From Paraspadella gotoi (Eukaryota; Animalia; Chaetognatha): a DNA stretch of 64,000 nucleotides. Location: the NCBI GenBank assembly GCA_051294375.1, contig CM119267.1, positions 18,454,992 to 18,518,991 on the forward strand. Direction: 5' to 3'. Made by a program: the position numbers and the translations under genes. This document shows, piece after piece, positions 1-14,100 of this stretch; within the stretch, counting starts at the first letter, position 1; every line of letters starts with the position of its first letter. The notes below the pieces were generated by a model. That model ran no database searches. It was not told the origin of the DNA and saw nothing but the letters and a program-made list of their open reading frames with translations.

Positions 1-862
1 TCAAACTTTTCCTGGAATTCACAGCGGAATATTCAAAGCATGCTTTTTGTCATGCTAAATGATTCTATGTAGCCGAAAACCTTACAAATGCCAAGGAAAA
101 TATGGCAAGATTAATTTTGTTTCATAAAATTTTTTGGCACAAAACTCACTGCGTACAAAACAGTTTTATTTAAACTAAGTTACTACTGGACAGATTATAA
201 ACCGGCCACGTCCTAGGACTTTTGCAGTTATGAAAGACTGTTGATGGACGGTGAGTCATAATTAGAGTATGATCGGTTTGCTTTTTTTGGTATTATATGA
301 TGCGTGGCACTGTTTGAGGTTACCAGGCCATTGTTAATGGCATTATCATTATCAATACGACACTTAAAGCATATGACTAATTAGCATAGTTACGTCAAAA
401 CGCTTGTCAAGTGCACGCAGGTTGGCTTAATAATTAAAATGAATTGTTTAAGTAGAAAATTATCTACTACTTGCAAATATTTTTAAAAATTCATCTACCG
501 TAATAGGAGGTAATAAATAAAATCAACAAATAAAGTCATATACAGCAAAGCTAATTTGAGATCAAAGCAGTGATAGGTGTAAAAATAAAAGTACCGAGTG
601 GTTTGGTGAATGGGCTATTATAAAATAAAGAAAAATTCTCTTAGACATTTAGTATCCATTGGCCATACAAGCAATCCTACAGCTGGTATCATTTCGGTTC
701 ATCCGTTGATCTACAAATATAATTCAAAATAAAAAATCGTCTATTAGAACAAATTGACGTCATTTCGCCCTTACAAGCATGAAAAAAATTGAACTACGTA
801 AAAATATATAGTCGGGCATTGCCTAGGTACACCCCGCCTATAAGCATGACTCTTTCAGTTGT

Positions 863-1040
863 GACCCGGTGGCTCATTGAGTAAAGCCATCAGCTCATGA
901 CCACTAGGTACCGGGTTCAATCCCAACCTGGTACCTACCCTGCGGGAAGAGTGAGGACGGCCGTAAGCCGCCTTGAGGGCATGGCAAACCCTCAAGCCTG
1001 GTTCCAAGCCCAGGACCCGTTCCATGTCTGCTAGAGGGGG
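863..1040 (+). mobile_element. tRNA-headed short repeat (SINE-like), family 1, carrying a twister-like ribozyme
   Basis: A-box TGGCTCATTGAG (870-881) and B-box GGTTCAATCCC (914-924) precede the twister fold at 942-1020. A decayed relative is at 47572-47670 (-). Confidence 0.7.
942..1020 (+). ncRNA. type-P5 twister ribozyme-like motif (family 1)
   Basis: P5 GCGGG/CCCGT; AA-GAGT-GA-GGA; linker CGGCCG; UAA at 964-966; GCC-GC; P3 CTTGAGGG/CCCTCAAG; P4 CCTGG/CCAGG with loop TTCCAAGC. Pseudoknots are TCC/GGA and GC/GC. Confidence 0.65.
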
Positions 1041-1176
1041 TTATAGAAGTTACGGATAGTCATCTTCTGCCCACTTAGCGCCTTATCCACAAATATATTT
1101 TTAAAGCTCTTTCTACTAATTATAGTAAATCATAGGCTTTAACATCAATATGGTTTATTTTTATTTGGTAATTGAC

Positions 1177-2059
<883 letters not shown>

Positions 2060-3024
2060 GGTCAACAATTGTGCTTTTAAACCTAACTAAATGACAAAAT
2101 GAATTTGGTTATTATACGTATGAGCTTAATTAAACCAGAAGTGGTAGTTTTCCCTCCTAAAAATTACTATGGATTTTAATTTAATTCAAAAGAATAAATT
2201 ACTAGTTAAAACGTAATAAAATAAAAATTATAGCCAATTTTGTTACCAGTTATAACTGATAAATCGTATCCAGACTTTTTTTTTGGTCGAGAAGGATTAT
2301 AAAGATAAGTTAACGAAACAAACAACAGAAAAACAAATAAATTGAAATGATAATGGAAAAATGACAAAAACATTTTTCGAAATGTTCAAGATCAATTAGG
2401 GAATTGGCAATAGCCTTGTTTATTAATGAATAAAGTATCTTCCCTAATAGCCATTCAACAGTGCGTAACATAACTTGATGGATAAAGGAAAAAAAAAAGT
2501 AGGAAGAGAAAACAAAATCATTGGAGAAGGAGGCAGGACTGCAACGGTTCGGCTCGATTCGGTTAACGTTCAAAAACACTCGTAGATCCCTGCGCCGCCT
2601 TACGGACCTCTAGTCGGCATCTACCTCGATCAGTCGAGTTTAAAAAAGATAAAAGCGCATATGGCTTATATTCATAAACTTAAAAAAATTTAAAGTTACA
2701 AGCTAATGAAATTTGAAAACGAGGAATCAATGGAATAATAAACATTTTTTGAAGTCCCTAGCTTTAATTCAAAAATAAAAATTATAATTGAGGATTTATC
2801 CTCGCTCCTCAAAATATTATTCAAAATCATATCACGTTCTAACATCCTAATTAATAAATAAAATGAACTGTATCTTACCCCGATTTTAAGATTAACTCGT
2901 CTGACATTGGTTAATTATTTATTTACATAATTCTTTAATAAATTATAAGGAGTTTGAAATAAAAAAATTGGAACACTCATATGAGACGGAGGTCTTTATG
3001 AAAAAAGGCGTTTAAGTGAATTAT

Positions 3025-3299
3025 CTGAAGAGACAGTAATTATTGTTGTGTTAGTGACATAATCGTTCAATATAAGCAGTCACTGAGCTTCGGATCAGGC
3101 TGTAACACCGTGTTACAGGCGGGTTAAGCGCCCCGTCCCTCTTAACGGCTAGGCGACCACCGGGCAAGAACACCGGACCTTTGGGTTGGAAGGTGAATGA
3201 CTTGCCTCCGGCACCAATGGCCGCTGATGAACGGTTGGTGGATTTTAGTCCACCATACACCCTCTGTCCCGTAGGGAGAAGTCTGTTGCATCTCTTCAG
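3025..3299 (-). mobile_element. family 2 element: short TIRs (CTGAAGAGA..TCTCTTCAG) enclosing tRNA-like head plus twister
   Basis: Colinear with 29712-29988 (+) over ~275 bp, including both termini. Confidence 0.85.
3076..3149 (-). ncRNA. type-P5 twister ribozyme-like motif (family 2, copy A)
   Basis: Reverse complement GCCGTT-AA-GAGG-GA-CGG-GGCGCT-TAA-CCC-GC-CTGTAACA cgg TGTTACAG-CCTGA-TCCGAAGC-TCAGT-GACTGC. One mismatch each in P4 and P5. Confidence 0.68.
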
Positions 3300-3434
3300 T
3301 GAATTGTTGTTGGTGGAAAGTTCGTCACCAAGCTGAGGCATGTCGCCTGATGTGTTGTTGGTAGAAAGTGCATTGCCAGGTTTAGGCATTTTGAGTGTTG
3401 TTATTGCTGTTGTGTTTGGAAGTCAGGCTCACTA

Positions 3435-3652
3435 ATGAAGAGACAATAATTATTGTTATGTTCAATATAAGCAGTCCCTGAGCTTCAGATCAGGCTGTAA
3501 CAGTATTACATGCGGGTTAAGCGCCCCGTCCCTCTTAACTGCTAGGTGCCACTGGCTAGAACCCCGGACCTTTGTGTCGGAGGCGAATGACTTGCCTCCG
3601 GCAGCAATGACCGCTGATGAACGGTTGGTGGATTTTAGTGAACCATATATCC
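3435..3652 (-). mobile_element. family 2 element, copy B (one terminus missing)
   Basis: Begins TA-ATGAAGAGAC and is colinear with copy A through the twister and tRNA-like head. It ends near GATTTTAGTGAACCATA. Confidence 0.8.
3471..3542 (-). ncRNA. type-P5 twister ribozyme-like motif (family 2, copy B)
   Basis: P5 GCAGTT/GACTGC and P4 CCTGA/TCAGG are intact. Loop TCTGAAGC keeps the T1 pseudoknot with CGG via a U-G wobble. P3 is shortened. Confidence 0.65.
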
Positions 3653-4332
3653 ACAAAAGAAGAAATAACTAATAAGACCAAAAGACAAACTAAAAAAAAA
3701 AAATTATTTCGGTTAAAATAATTTCAAAATTATGACAGTTTTTGTTATTATTATTATTTCAGAACTTCTTTTCTCGCTGGCTATGCGATCTTAAATTAAA
3801 TCTTAATTATTGTGCCAATTGCAAAATATTATGATCTTTCTACAAGTATATATACATCACCTTTGCTATGGCTTAAAATATTTTTGTTTTGTCGATGTTA
3901 CAAATCAAACTATTTGGTTGCTCCTGCTTTAAAGCATACTATTTATTTATATTACTCTTCACAAGGCTAGTTAAATTACTCGATACGATTGTGACTGAAG
4001 ATTTTTTTAAAATACAGGGAAGATATTATAATAAATGAAAAAAAAGAGAAATAAAGAATAAATACACTATCCTGAAAGATTGGCGAGATAGAAATGTTAT
4101 GTATGTTTGAAAGAATGAAAAAATATAAGAATTATGGGAGCGGAAGGTTTGTGGGCTATAGAATTGTAGTTAACACTTTTTAAATCAAACCTAATCCTAA
4201 TATCTTAAGCTTCCACTGCAAATTTATATAATTTATAACAAGACATCTTATAAGATAAGGCTGTATGGGTTTCACAAGTTATTTTTATTGAATAAGTGCT
4301 CATCTATATTCTTCCTACTCTTAGCATTTTTC

Positions 4333-4435
4333 GTGGATTAAAATTCATCGATCGTGAATAGCGGTCCATTGGAGCCTCAGTTAATCGCTCGGACCTGATG
4401 ATCTACTTCTAGCCCGATAGCCGCTTCGCAGTTAA
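4333..4435 (+). mobile_element. decayed family 2 remnant (tRNA-like head only)
   Basis: GTGGATTAAAAT..GCGGTCCATTGGAGCC..TTCTAGCCCGATAGCCGC..GCAGTTAA matches the family 2 head and stops at the first twister strand. Confidence 0.6.
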
Positions 4436-5126
4436 CTGTTATTCTCATCACTCATATTGTAAAATAGATATGACATTTTTGTAATGTAATTTTTGCCCTG
4501 ACTAGAAAAAATATATTTCATAAGATCAATAATAAGCTAATAGTAAAATCTTTTATTAGGCGTATATAGGGCGGAAAACTATTACAAAACGAAACTGAAA
4601 ATAGAAAATAGAGTTAAAAGTATAACAATAATGATTGTGACGCTTTTCAGACAAAATTAACAAAACACTATAAAGGTGTAAAATCCAGTTTAACAGCAAA
4701 CGTGGTTCTTAGATATTAAACAATTATATCATATAATGGCACTTTTGGAGGAATGAAAAGATTCAGATAAAAGGTTAAAAAAGTTAAACCAACTTTAAGT
4801 CTCAATGCCAATTAAAATCTCGGGATGAGAAAAAATGTATTAATTGCTAAATCAAATGAGAGAAAGCGAAAGTGTGAAAACTGGAATCTTTATATACGTA
4901 GAGCATACCAAAATACCGAGCTCAAGAAACACTCAAAGAGACAGATATTCCAGTGAGGGGAATGCGTAAGATATATCATGAATTTCTAAAAATTGACCTC
5001 ATTTTAACGTAAAAATGATAAAAGCTCGTAGAAAAAACCGAAGAAGAAGGTAATATTAAAATAGAAGCTTTTCTGCAAAGGTTATAGTAATCTGGTTGCT
5101 GCTCCTACAGATGAAAACTACCCCTG

Positions 5127-8100
5127 TCAAAAATGATCGACAAGGACGGAAACGCTGTCGCGCCCCAAATGAGTGAAGTTGCGAAGGTGATGCCAGCGGG
5201 ATGGCTCATCGTTTGGGGACTGAGCTGCACGAAGGGAGAAGCTCCACCCACCCTCAGGTGTCACCGACGCGCAGTGGGGAAGGCGAAGTTCCACTGGCTG
5301 TTAGGAAGTTTTCTAATATAGTAATACGTCCTATTTTAAACACTTCATTAAAATAATCTTTTTTCCTTTAGTTAGTTGCGCCGAGAGCAACTGTTTGAGT
5401 TACTATTTGGTAGCTCTGTCTGACTGTTCGTCAGTATGTTTTTAATGCTCATTACTTGGGTAATAATGTATCAGTTTCAATAAGGTAAGTCACGGCAGAG
5501 CAACCGTTGAACTTGCCGGTTTTGTTAAACTTGTAAATTTTAAACGCTCACCTTGTTAAACGTAAGTCCTTGTGGACCGCACATGACGAGCGGGGAGAGG
5601 AGGGTTTCCCCGTTCTGCCTCTCTATTGTTGGAAGGGAAGGAATAGGACGACCACGACTGCATACTTTGAAATAGATCTCTTGATTTCGGTTCTCGGGAA
5701 TGGAACCAGGTGGTATAAGGATGCTTACACCTGGAAAAGATATTACGAAATAAATTAATGCATTAATTAGGTAATGTGTGTATTATGCTCAAAAAACGAA
5801 CGTGAATAAGCCAAAAAAGTGCTGCCACTTTTAAAAATTTAACACATACTACTAATGAAACACCCCACGATAAATTCAAATGTTTCAAATGCGTTCAGCA
5901 AATCCCCTCAACACACTTACTGAAAGGAGAATTATTGCGCTTTGGCGCTATTATCATTAGAGAAATACATCTAACAAGAGGTCGTTTAAAAAAAATAATG
6001 ATAGGCCTATGAAATTTAAAATAAGTTTCAAAACAAAAAAAAACAAAACAAATAAATTGTTTTTTCTCCTAAATTTTAAAACGCAACGAAATTGATAGTT
6101 TATACACAAAATAAGTTTCGAAAACCAAAGCAATTTATTTTTTTTTCAACCGCCCTCTTGTCCACTCAGAAAAATAGCGTCGAAGACTATCCCATAATAA
6201 AAAGAAGTAAGCAAAGAAATTTGCACCAAGATTGAATCGGAGCAAAGCGTCGCAGTCGAGCCAACTGAGCTCAGAGACGCCAGCGTTGTAGTTGAGCTGA
6301 AGTCTAATTTAAGACAAAAAGTAACCGCGGGGAAAAATAAAGAGAAGCAAGTGTGAGAAACAAGCAGCCGTGATGATGAACATATAAATACAGGTCTACG
6401 ATACATTGGGCGACCTCGATGTCCTTGTAAACAATATTTTTTCTCTTTTTTTTTCTCACAAATCTGAGTACAAAGCCACCAACAGTAAAAATACAAGTAA
6501 ACTACAGTTTCTGTTTGGCTCGAACCTACCATGGGGGAATCGAACGCTGATTTCCGGAGAGGCCGACGAAAAAACAAAGACGACGAAATTAAAGAAATGA
6601 CGATCTTAGACGTCTCAACGACAAAAACCCTTCGAAAAGCTAGCGAAACGATTCCGTACCAGTCTCTTCCGATTCCAGCGTTCCACCGCGGTAATCAAAA
6701 ATGCCTCGCGCCGTTGCGACGATCTGAGAGTCGACTGCCGTCGTCTCGCTTACGCCGTCGCCGAGACTCCTAAGATTAGCCAAGGTTAGCAAACAAGAAT
6801 TTATTTTTTTTAAAGAGGTATAAACCTGGGATTACGCCCGTAAGGATCCTCGATACCGTCGCCCGAGGCTTTGGTTCCGTAAGCAGCGAACGTGGACACC
6901 GAAGACGGATTCAAGTATTGGGATGAACCAGCCTATGAGGGAGGTAAATAAGATTTTTTTTCACTTAATTTGCATAGTGTTACTGCCTAATTATAATTTA
7001 ATTTGAACAAAAACACTCCTGAGAACATTCTTTTTGTAAAGCATTCACCAAATTCTGGTAGCTGGCGATCCTCCTGTCGCTAGAGCCATATCCTGAATCG
7101 ATCCTCATGATGCCGCTCCCGTAAGGATTTACTGAGTTGGCGAGAGACGATCGAGAGGCGTAATGCGGCGCCTGCGTCGCTGTAGCTGGCGGCGTCGTCA
7201 CTGCGTCGAGGTTCGTTTCGTAGGACGCGCCCAGGTTGTTGAATGTCGGCCCAGGGCCAGGTCCCGTGCGGTAAGGATTCGGCGGCGCGTAGGGACCATC
7301 ACCGCGTTTCCCAGCCGCGTAGGGAGACTCGGACAAATTGACCGTCGAGTGCGACGTATGGGATCGGAGCGCGGACTTGGGCGGCGGCGGCGGTGGCGGC
7401 TGGCGGGGAGCGCGCTTGGGAGCGTGGGTAGATGGCGCGTCTGGATGAGGGTACTGAGGCGGAGGAAAGGGAGTTGCTACAGACACAGGAGTGCTGGTGG
7501 ATGGGTATGCGGGTCCAGGCTGAGAAAACGAAGGGTCGCAATGCGGAAGGGGGGGCGGAGGAAAATGATGTGGAAGATGATCGGAAAAAGCCGGCGGCGG
7601 CGGAAAGTAGGGATTTTTGGCGAAGTGCGATTGAGACTCCGAAGACGAGGGTGACGATGGGTAGGAGGGAAGGTTGCTATTGGACCTTTGAACTTGTGGG
7701 TTAGGGCGCGAACGACCTTCTAGTTGTGAAAGGTTATGACTTGGATGGTGATCGAGCTCGTGATGTCTTTGATTTTGTTTGTTAAGGTCCTTACTCGGAG
7801 TCAACGTCTGATAGCCGGGTTCTGTGGGACTTTGACGGTAATGATGTAGAGGAGGATGATCGGAATTGAAATGTGGTATTGTTGGAAGTCGGCCGTACTC
7901 GGATTGTGACATTGGATTAGGAGGCGGGCCTAGAGAGAAGAGGTGGGGAAAGAGATCATCCCCGGTTCCGAACTAGTCTAACTCGGTCAAAGCTCGTCGC
8001 CAACCTTGATTCCTCGTTTCCTTAAACGAATAGCCCCGTGGTTTGGGAGGTACGTTGGGCCTTACTTTAAGACTCCCGCCGGTGTTACGCTCCCTATTAC

Positions 8101-11100
8101 CGACTGGAGGCGGAGGAGGTTCCCGCTGCCGATTTGGAGGCGGTTGAGGCGGAGGGTGAGGCGGAGGGGAAGGCGGCGAAGGAAGAAGATAAGGGGACTC
8201 GACGGGAGAGCGCGGTGATGTGGGCGACTCGGGAAGATCAAGAATCTTGTGACTCTTTTTAATCCTCATTCGGTCGATGCTATCGGTACTGAAGAAAAAA
8301 TTACAAAAGGCGATGATGAGAATCAGTGCGCCGGAACGAAAACCGATGACGCAAAAGTGACTTTGGGCTGGTATCTCACTTGTAAGGATAGGCCGTGCTA
8401 CGAGTGAATCGGTATGGATCATGATTTTTGAACGATTCCTTCTTCTGAGGGGTACCACCAGTCGATCCTGAAAAACAAAAACGATACAGGAAACTTATTG
8501 GTCAATCAATACTATTGTCAATAGTCAAGTCAACCAACGTGACAAACCCTGAGGCGATTGTCCGTTGCTATTAACTTCTGACGCGCTGTCGAAGCTCCCT
8601 CGATGCTGACTGTTCCCGCCATTCTGTTCGTTGAGGTCTCCACTCGAAACCGGCAGCTTAATGACGTGCTTCGTTGGGAGAGGAGAGACGCCGGGACGAA
8701 GGCGCTCCATCGCGGACATATTTCGTTCGATCTGCTCGTTTGGTGAGCCATGTTTTTTTGTCGACCGAATCGTGGCGATTGCGTTAACACCTACATGAAT
8801 TTCAACTATTTGTACGTATTACCTATTTTATATTTCAAAGTTCGTTTACCTTTGGGCAAATAATCCAGATCTCTCTGAGTCAAGGACCTCATTCTTCCGG
8901 AGGTTCCCAGGGCGATGCTGCCCCTCTGACCGGATGGCTCTGGGTTCTGCCGCTTCAGCCGCGCTTCCAATTCTTCTTTCAGCGGGTTGGAGAACGCGGG
9001 TTGGAACCCATTGGTCGTCGGAATATTCGTCATCGGCGTTGGCGTTTTCTCACGCTCCTCGTTCCCATCGGTGACGCTCGGTGACGAAAAGGAGCGACGC
9101 AGTTTCTTCTTTTCCTCCTCGGTGGCGCCGTCGCCGACGTAGCCGGCGCCGCGAGGCGTCACGTCTTCGGAAGGAGGAGGAGGAAGAAGATGAGGAGGCT
9201 GAAGGAGAGGACTTCCCGCTTCGTCTTCGGCGATTGAGCCTCGACGAGATTCCGCAGCGGCGAATTCTCCATCACTGAAAAGGGTATATATAAGTAAAGA
9301 AGGATTCATATTATAAAATATTACAAATAGAACTATCGAGGCGAATTTCAATATTTGATCCATGAGTCGAGTTGCATAGTCGTTTACTCTTCCTCAAAAA
9401 CGTATTTGTTACCACGAAAATATTAGTTTACCTTAATTTTCAGCTTCATGAACATCAGTGGTTCAAATCAGATTTGGAATGATTTGGGAAAATTGGAAGT
9501 AAAACGATGAACCATGCTATGCTTAATTATTGAAAAGTTATCAACTTTAGTTCTAAATTTTTTTAAAATATGTTTAAAACGTAAATGCACCTGATGCAAC
9601 AAAAAAAAATGAATAAAAATTTTTTAGCTTTTTTTTTGACCCTCAGGGGTCCACCCCAGGGTCCTGTATCTCTTGTCAGGGGTTGAATATCAAAATTGGC
9701 CTCGAAAGTTCCATTTATATTGTCATTTAAGTAAGTAGACAGAGATTTCAACAAACAAAGTGGATTTTATTCTCAGAAAAGTCTCAAGCAAAGACGGTTT
9801 CAGAATTTTAGGCAGAATGGATTCAATACAAAATGTAAATGTAAAATTTTAATGAAATTCGATTGGGCAGTTTGGTGTGAACAGATTCTGGTCACAAAAA
9901 AGGGGTACTGTCCACAGTACCTAATTTTATAATTTGAAGCCTTCTGTATATATAAGAAGTAGTATGTAAATATGGTAAATCGAGCCCAAATAAAAAATTG
10001 TTCACAAACCTCTCTGGTGAAGATGCATATGAAAGTCTGGTGCCCATAGGAAAAAGATATTCGTCGTTTAAATCGTCTGCGTCGAGTGCAGATTCCGAGA
10101 TCCAAACGGGATCGCGTTGCTGACGATCGATTACCTACCAAAATCAAGAATATTAAAATGTGAATAAAAAAAGGACAAGGACATTTCTCAGATTCTCAGT
10201 GATCACCTCTCTCAGCTTGAGGTACCAAGCTGTCGGATCCCCAGCCAGTGATACGGTGGCGGTAAAAAGGTGACCGTAGACCGATTCCAGTTTCGTCGCC
10301 GTCTCGAAGAGTTTCCTCGAGGACTTTCTGGATCCTTTGGCCAGGTGTGCTCTGATCGACTTGACTTGGTGCTTTGTCTCCGCGCGAAGGAAAATTGCAA
10401 TAGGGTGGAGTTGGGCGTAGTTGAGACGATCCACGGCTGCGGGGGTTACGTCGAGAAGGCTGTGATAAAAACAAAAAAAATGTTTGAATGCTATGTTGCT
10501 TGCCAACAACTTTCTGTTATTGCTTCTCACCAATGTTTGTCTTTCTCGACGATGTCCCTGATCTGTTTGATCTTAATGATTCCGCTTTTCGGAGTGTTGA
10601 CTTGGTTAAAGTCGTCCTCTTCTCTTTTGACCTCGCCCGCATCTCCGCCGGCGTCGACTTGCGGCGACTCGAATGCGTGCGGAGCGTCGCGTAGCAGCAT
10701 GTGACGAGCTACGTCAGCCACTGCACCGAAAAGAACGATCGGTCTCACCAAACCTGTAAAAAAATAGCGGAAACGGAAAATAAAACCTGTCTTTGAATTT
10801 TATGTGGTAATTATCATTAGCTCACCAGGATGCTTCAACGCCACCCTCTCGTACGCAGGCCGCGTCTCCTTGGCGTCGATGGGGGAGAAAATGACGTCGT
10901 CCCAGTGATCTTTGCCCAGAGACTTGGAACGCTTGCTGCGGCGTCGGAACCAGGAGGCGCGGCGCCCAACCGACGCCGTCCCTGACGTGATGTTGGCAGA
11001 CATAGCATTTAGCGCCGTCTGGGGAATAATAAAAATTACTTGGCCAGTAATATACATAACATGCTACCCCGTTAGAGGACTTTGCTACTTAATTTAACCC

Positions 11101-14100
11101 TAAGCTAATAATACTCGCCTCTCTGGCTTCCGCGGCTATTTGCTCGGCCCGAGTCTTATTGGGAATTATCCCCCTTTGAGTCTCTTTGTTGCCCCGTCCC
11201 ACTCGTGCCGCCTGCCACGACCCCACCACGCCATTGTGCAACGTGTTGGTAATGTGAAAGACGTCTCCACGCACGAAGCTCATCTCGCCTATAAAATAAA
11301 ATAAAATAATAAAAAACTGTAAAAAGAATATAACTATATAATATACATAATATACTATAAAATTATAGTATATTACGCTCACCTCCTTCGTTAGGCTTGT
11401 AATCAAAATGAGCGCGCATGAATATGGAATCTCCGATGGAATTAGTAACGATTTCATCAAACTCCTGACAGGAAAAATCATTTTAACGTGAATGGGATAG
11501 TCTTCATCCCCATCACTCCGACTGCCTCACCTCTCTTCTGTATTGTGTAATGAGCTCAATGCGCTCCTTCAGCCCCAGTAGCAGCAGCAATGCATCTTCT
11601 CTAGTCAAGCCAACGAGTTCGACGTTGTTCGCCTTCACGATCTTTTCCCCCGCCGTGAGGCCTGCCATCGCCGCCGCCGAGGTTGGCTGAACGTTGGAGA
11701 CGAAGACTCCCGTCTTATTGCCACCGGCCAGTCGGAAACCGACTCCAGAGCCACTCTTGCGGAAAGCCACCACGCGAGTTAAGGGCTCCGGGGAGGCGAC
11801 GGCAGACGCATTCTTCTTCCGACGTCCCACCGTGCCCGAGGGGAACGGGTCGCGAGGGACGAAGGGCCTGTAATCCTCGTCTACGGGAGACTTCGAAGCC
11901 GGCATAGAGGCAGTCCTAACCAGGCTCACGGAAGGTTTCGGTTTCGGCGCCGGGGGAGACTTACGGTCATCCTGGGCAGGCGGGAGGATGGGCGATCCCA
12001 GATCGGTCGCTGGTGATGTGGCGTTGGCGCTGGCGAAACCAGAGGTGGCGCAAGAGTCGGGAGATCCAGCGTCAGGATAGTCCATGCCATCTAAGGGAGA
12101 ATAGGAAATATAACAGAAATAAATACAAATAAGATACGAAAAGAACTCGATCAAACTTACCCGCGGCTCCGACCGGCGACGACGAATCAAATCCATTAAG
12201 TAAATTGGCGTTATGAGGTGGGCGGCGGTCCAGGTTGGACGGTTTCTCGTCCGGCGATCCGATACCGACCCCGCCTCCTCGAGGAGTGGTCAACGTATTC
12301 GCTTTCGAGTTCACGTCTTTCTCCGGCAAAAGACCGAGTTCCGAGAGTTGAGAAGCGTTGCGCGAGTGGCGTGCCGAGGAGGCGGGGTGATCGGGAAGCG
12401 CCATGCGGAGGACGGAGAGGCTGAGGCGGTCTTTGGCCTAAGAAATGGCGGAGAAAAATTAACGAAGGAAAACAAGACCAATAAAATTCAGTTATGAAAA
12501 GAAAAGAAATCTAAAACGGCACACCTTGTCGATTTGTTTCCTCGCTTCAACCAGCGATAACATGTCGGCGGCTGTCGAATTAATTTTGACCACGACGTCA
12601 CCTTCATGAAGACTTCCGTCCACCGCCGCAACACTGAAGCGAATGAGATTTTAGATGAACTGAAACCGAAGGAGCCAATAGTATTCGAATGAAGCCCAAA
12701 TAAACCTGTTGGGAACGATTTCGCGAACGTAAAGTTGGTAGCCTAAAACGACGCCAAAGTCTTCCTTCTTTTTTGATCGCGAAAGGTTTACAGCGACAGG
12801 GACCAGTTCTGGCGTTACCACTTTCCTAGAATTCAAAGTTTATTTAAACCTCAGTTAGATCATAGAATTCAATCAAACCGTAGTCAATCGATACAAACCT
12901 CTTGATGACGAGGTTAACGGTGTCGCCGCTGTCCTTAAGCAACTCGATGGCGCTGTGGTGATCGACGTTCTCCAGCGAGATGCCATTCACGCTGACGATG
13001 CGATCGTTGATGCGGAGCTTCGTCTCCGCGGGACCCGCTTTGATCACGTCGGAGATGGCGATGGAAGGGTCGCCGTCGTCAAAATGAGGATTGTCTCTGA
13101 AGATTTATTTTTCATTTATTTTTCAAAACTTACCGTAAAAACGGCATAAAAAATTCGGGAACCCTTTTCTCCTACCTACTCCCACAAGCGCACCTGCCGC
13201 CGGAAACGGCGATTCCGAAACCCAAAGGCGGAACCCGCGTCAAGGTGACCGAATGAACATCCCAAGAGATTCTTTCTCCGACGTCGATACCCTGCAATGC
13301 CGCATCAACCGAGTCGGTCCCAGCGCCGCCGGACACAAACGAAGCGGCACCGGCTTCTAGCGCGCGGAGCTTGTCCCAAAGAAGACGCCGGTTGGGGGAT
13401 CGAGACCGATTGGCTGACGAGTCGAACAGAGAATCGCGGGAGTTTGTCATGGAACCGTTGGGGGGAACCTGAGTCGGAGTAACACGAAAAGTGAGGACGC
13501 GATAATGTACAGTTGTATTTATTTCTAATCAGGTAATACCTGCAAATGCGGAGCAGGTCCCCTATTGAGATTCGGGGAGACGGAGGATCCTTTGGAGAAG
13601 TTGGAGCTAATAACGCCGGCCAACGAATCACGTTCTGCACGAAGCTCTTCAACCCGGCGTTGCGCTTCGTTTCGTTGACGCATCATCGCTGCTTGTTCAC
13701 GTAGCGCCATGTCACGCTCCTGGTAAAATAAAGGCAGGTAGTAGGTAGAATTGGGGCAAGAAAATTAAACGTCCTCGAGCTTCTCACCCTGAGAGCGATT
13801 TCGAGTCCGACTTGAGAAGATGGATCGTCGAGCGGCGTGGGTGAGGGGGAGGAGAACTCTGGACTGCACGAGTCGAGAAGAAATGAAGTGAGAAGATGAG
13901 GATGACGCTTCTCCAACGAGGAACAAAAGTCGTGAAAGGAGCCGATTCCCTTGCGGGACAGAATCTCCAAAAACTTGTTGACTCTGAGAAATCATGAGAA
14001 CAAATTACATGAAAAGAATTTGGCGGTACGACTTTCATCCGCCTCAACGCTGTCTGTCTGAGGGGGCTAAATCATCTCGTAACAACCAACCGTGCGCCCT

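Noticed and set aside
863-934. Genuine tRNA gene
   Set aside because: A/B boxes are present, but the acceptor and anticodon stems pair poorly and the unit runs into a repeat body; treated as a tRNA-derived head.
2540-2640. GC-rich patch with CCCTGCG/GCCGCCTT words resembling family 1
   Set aside because: Matches are too short, with no B-box or twister core.
3051-3656. ORFs 3051-3389 and 3462-3656 with similar peptides (also 29597-29830)
   Set aside because: Translations of the non-coding family 2 repeat; no protein homology evident.
4395-4401. CTGATGA as hammerhead core or C/D box
   Set aside because: No GAAA partner or terminal stem; it lies in a decayed family 2 head.
5127-5730. GC-rich islands considered as structured RNAs (HDV-like)
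   Set aside because: They are the last two ZO-1 exons (ZU5 domain) on the minus strand.
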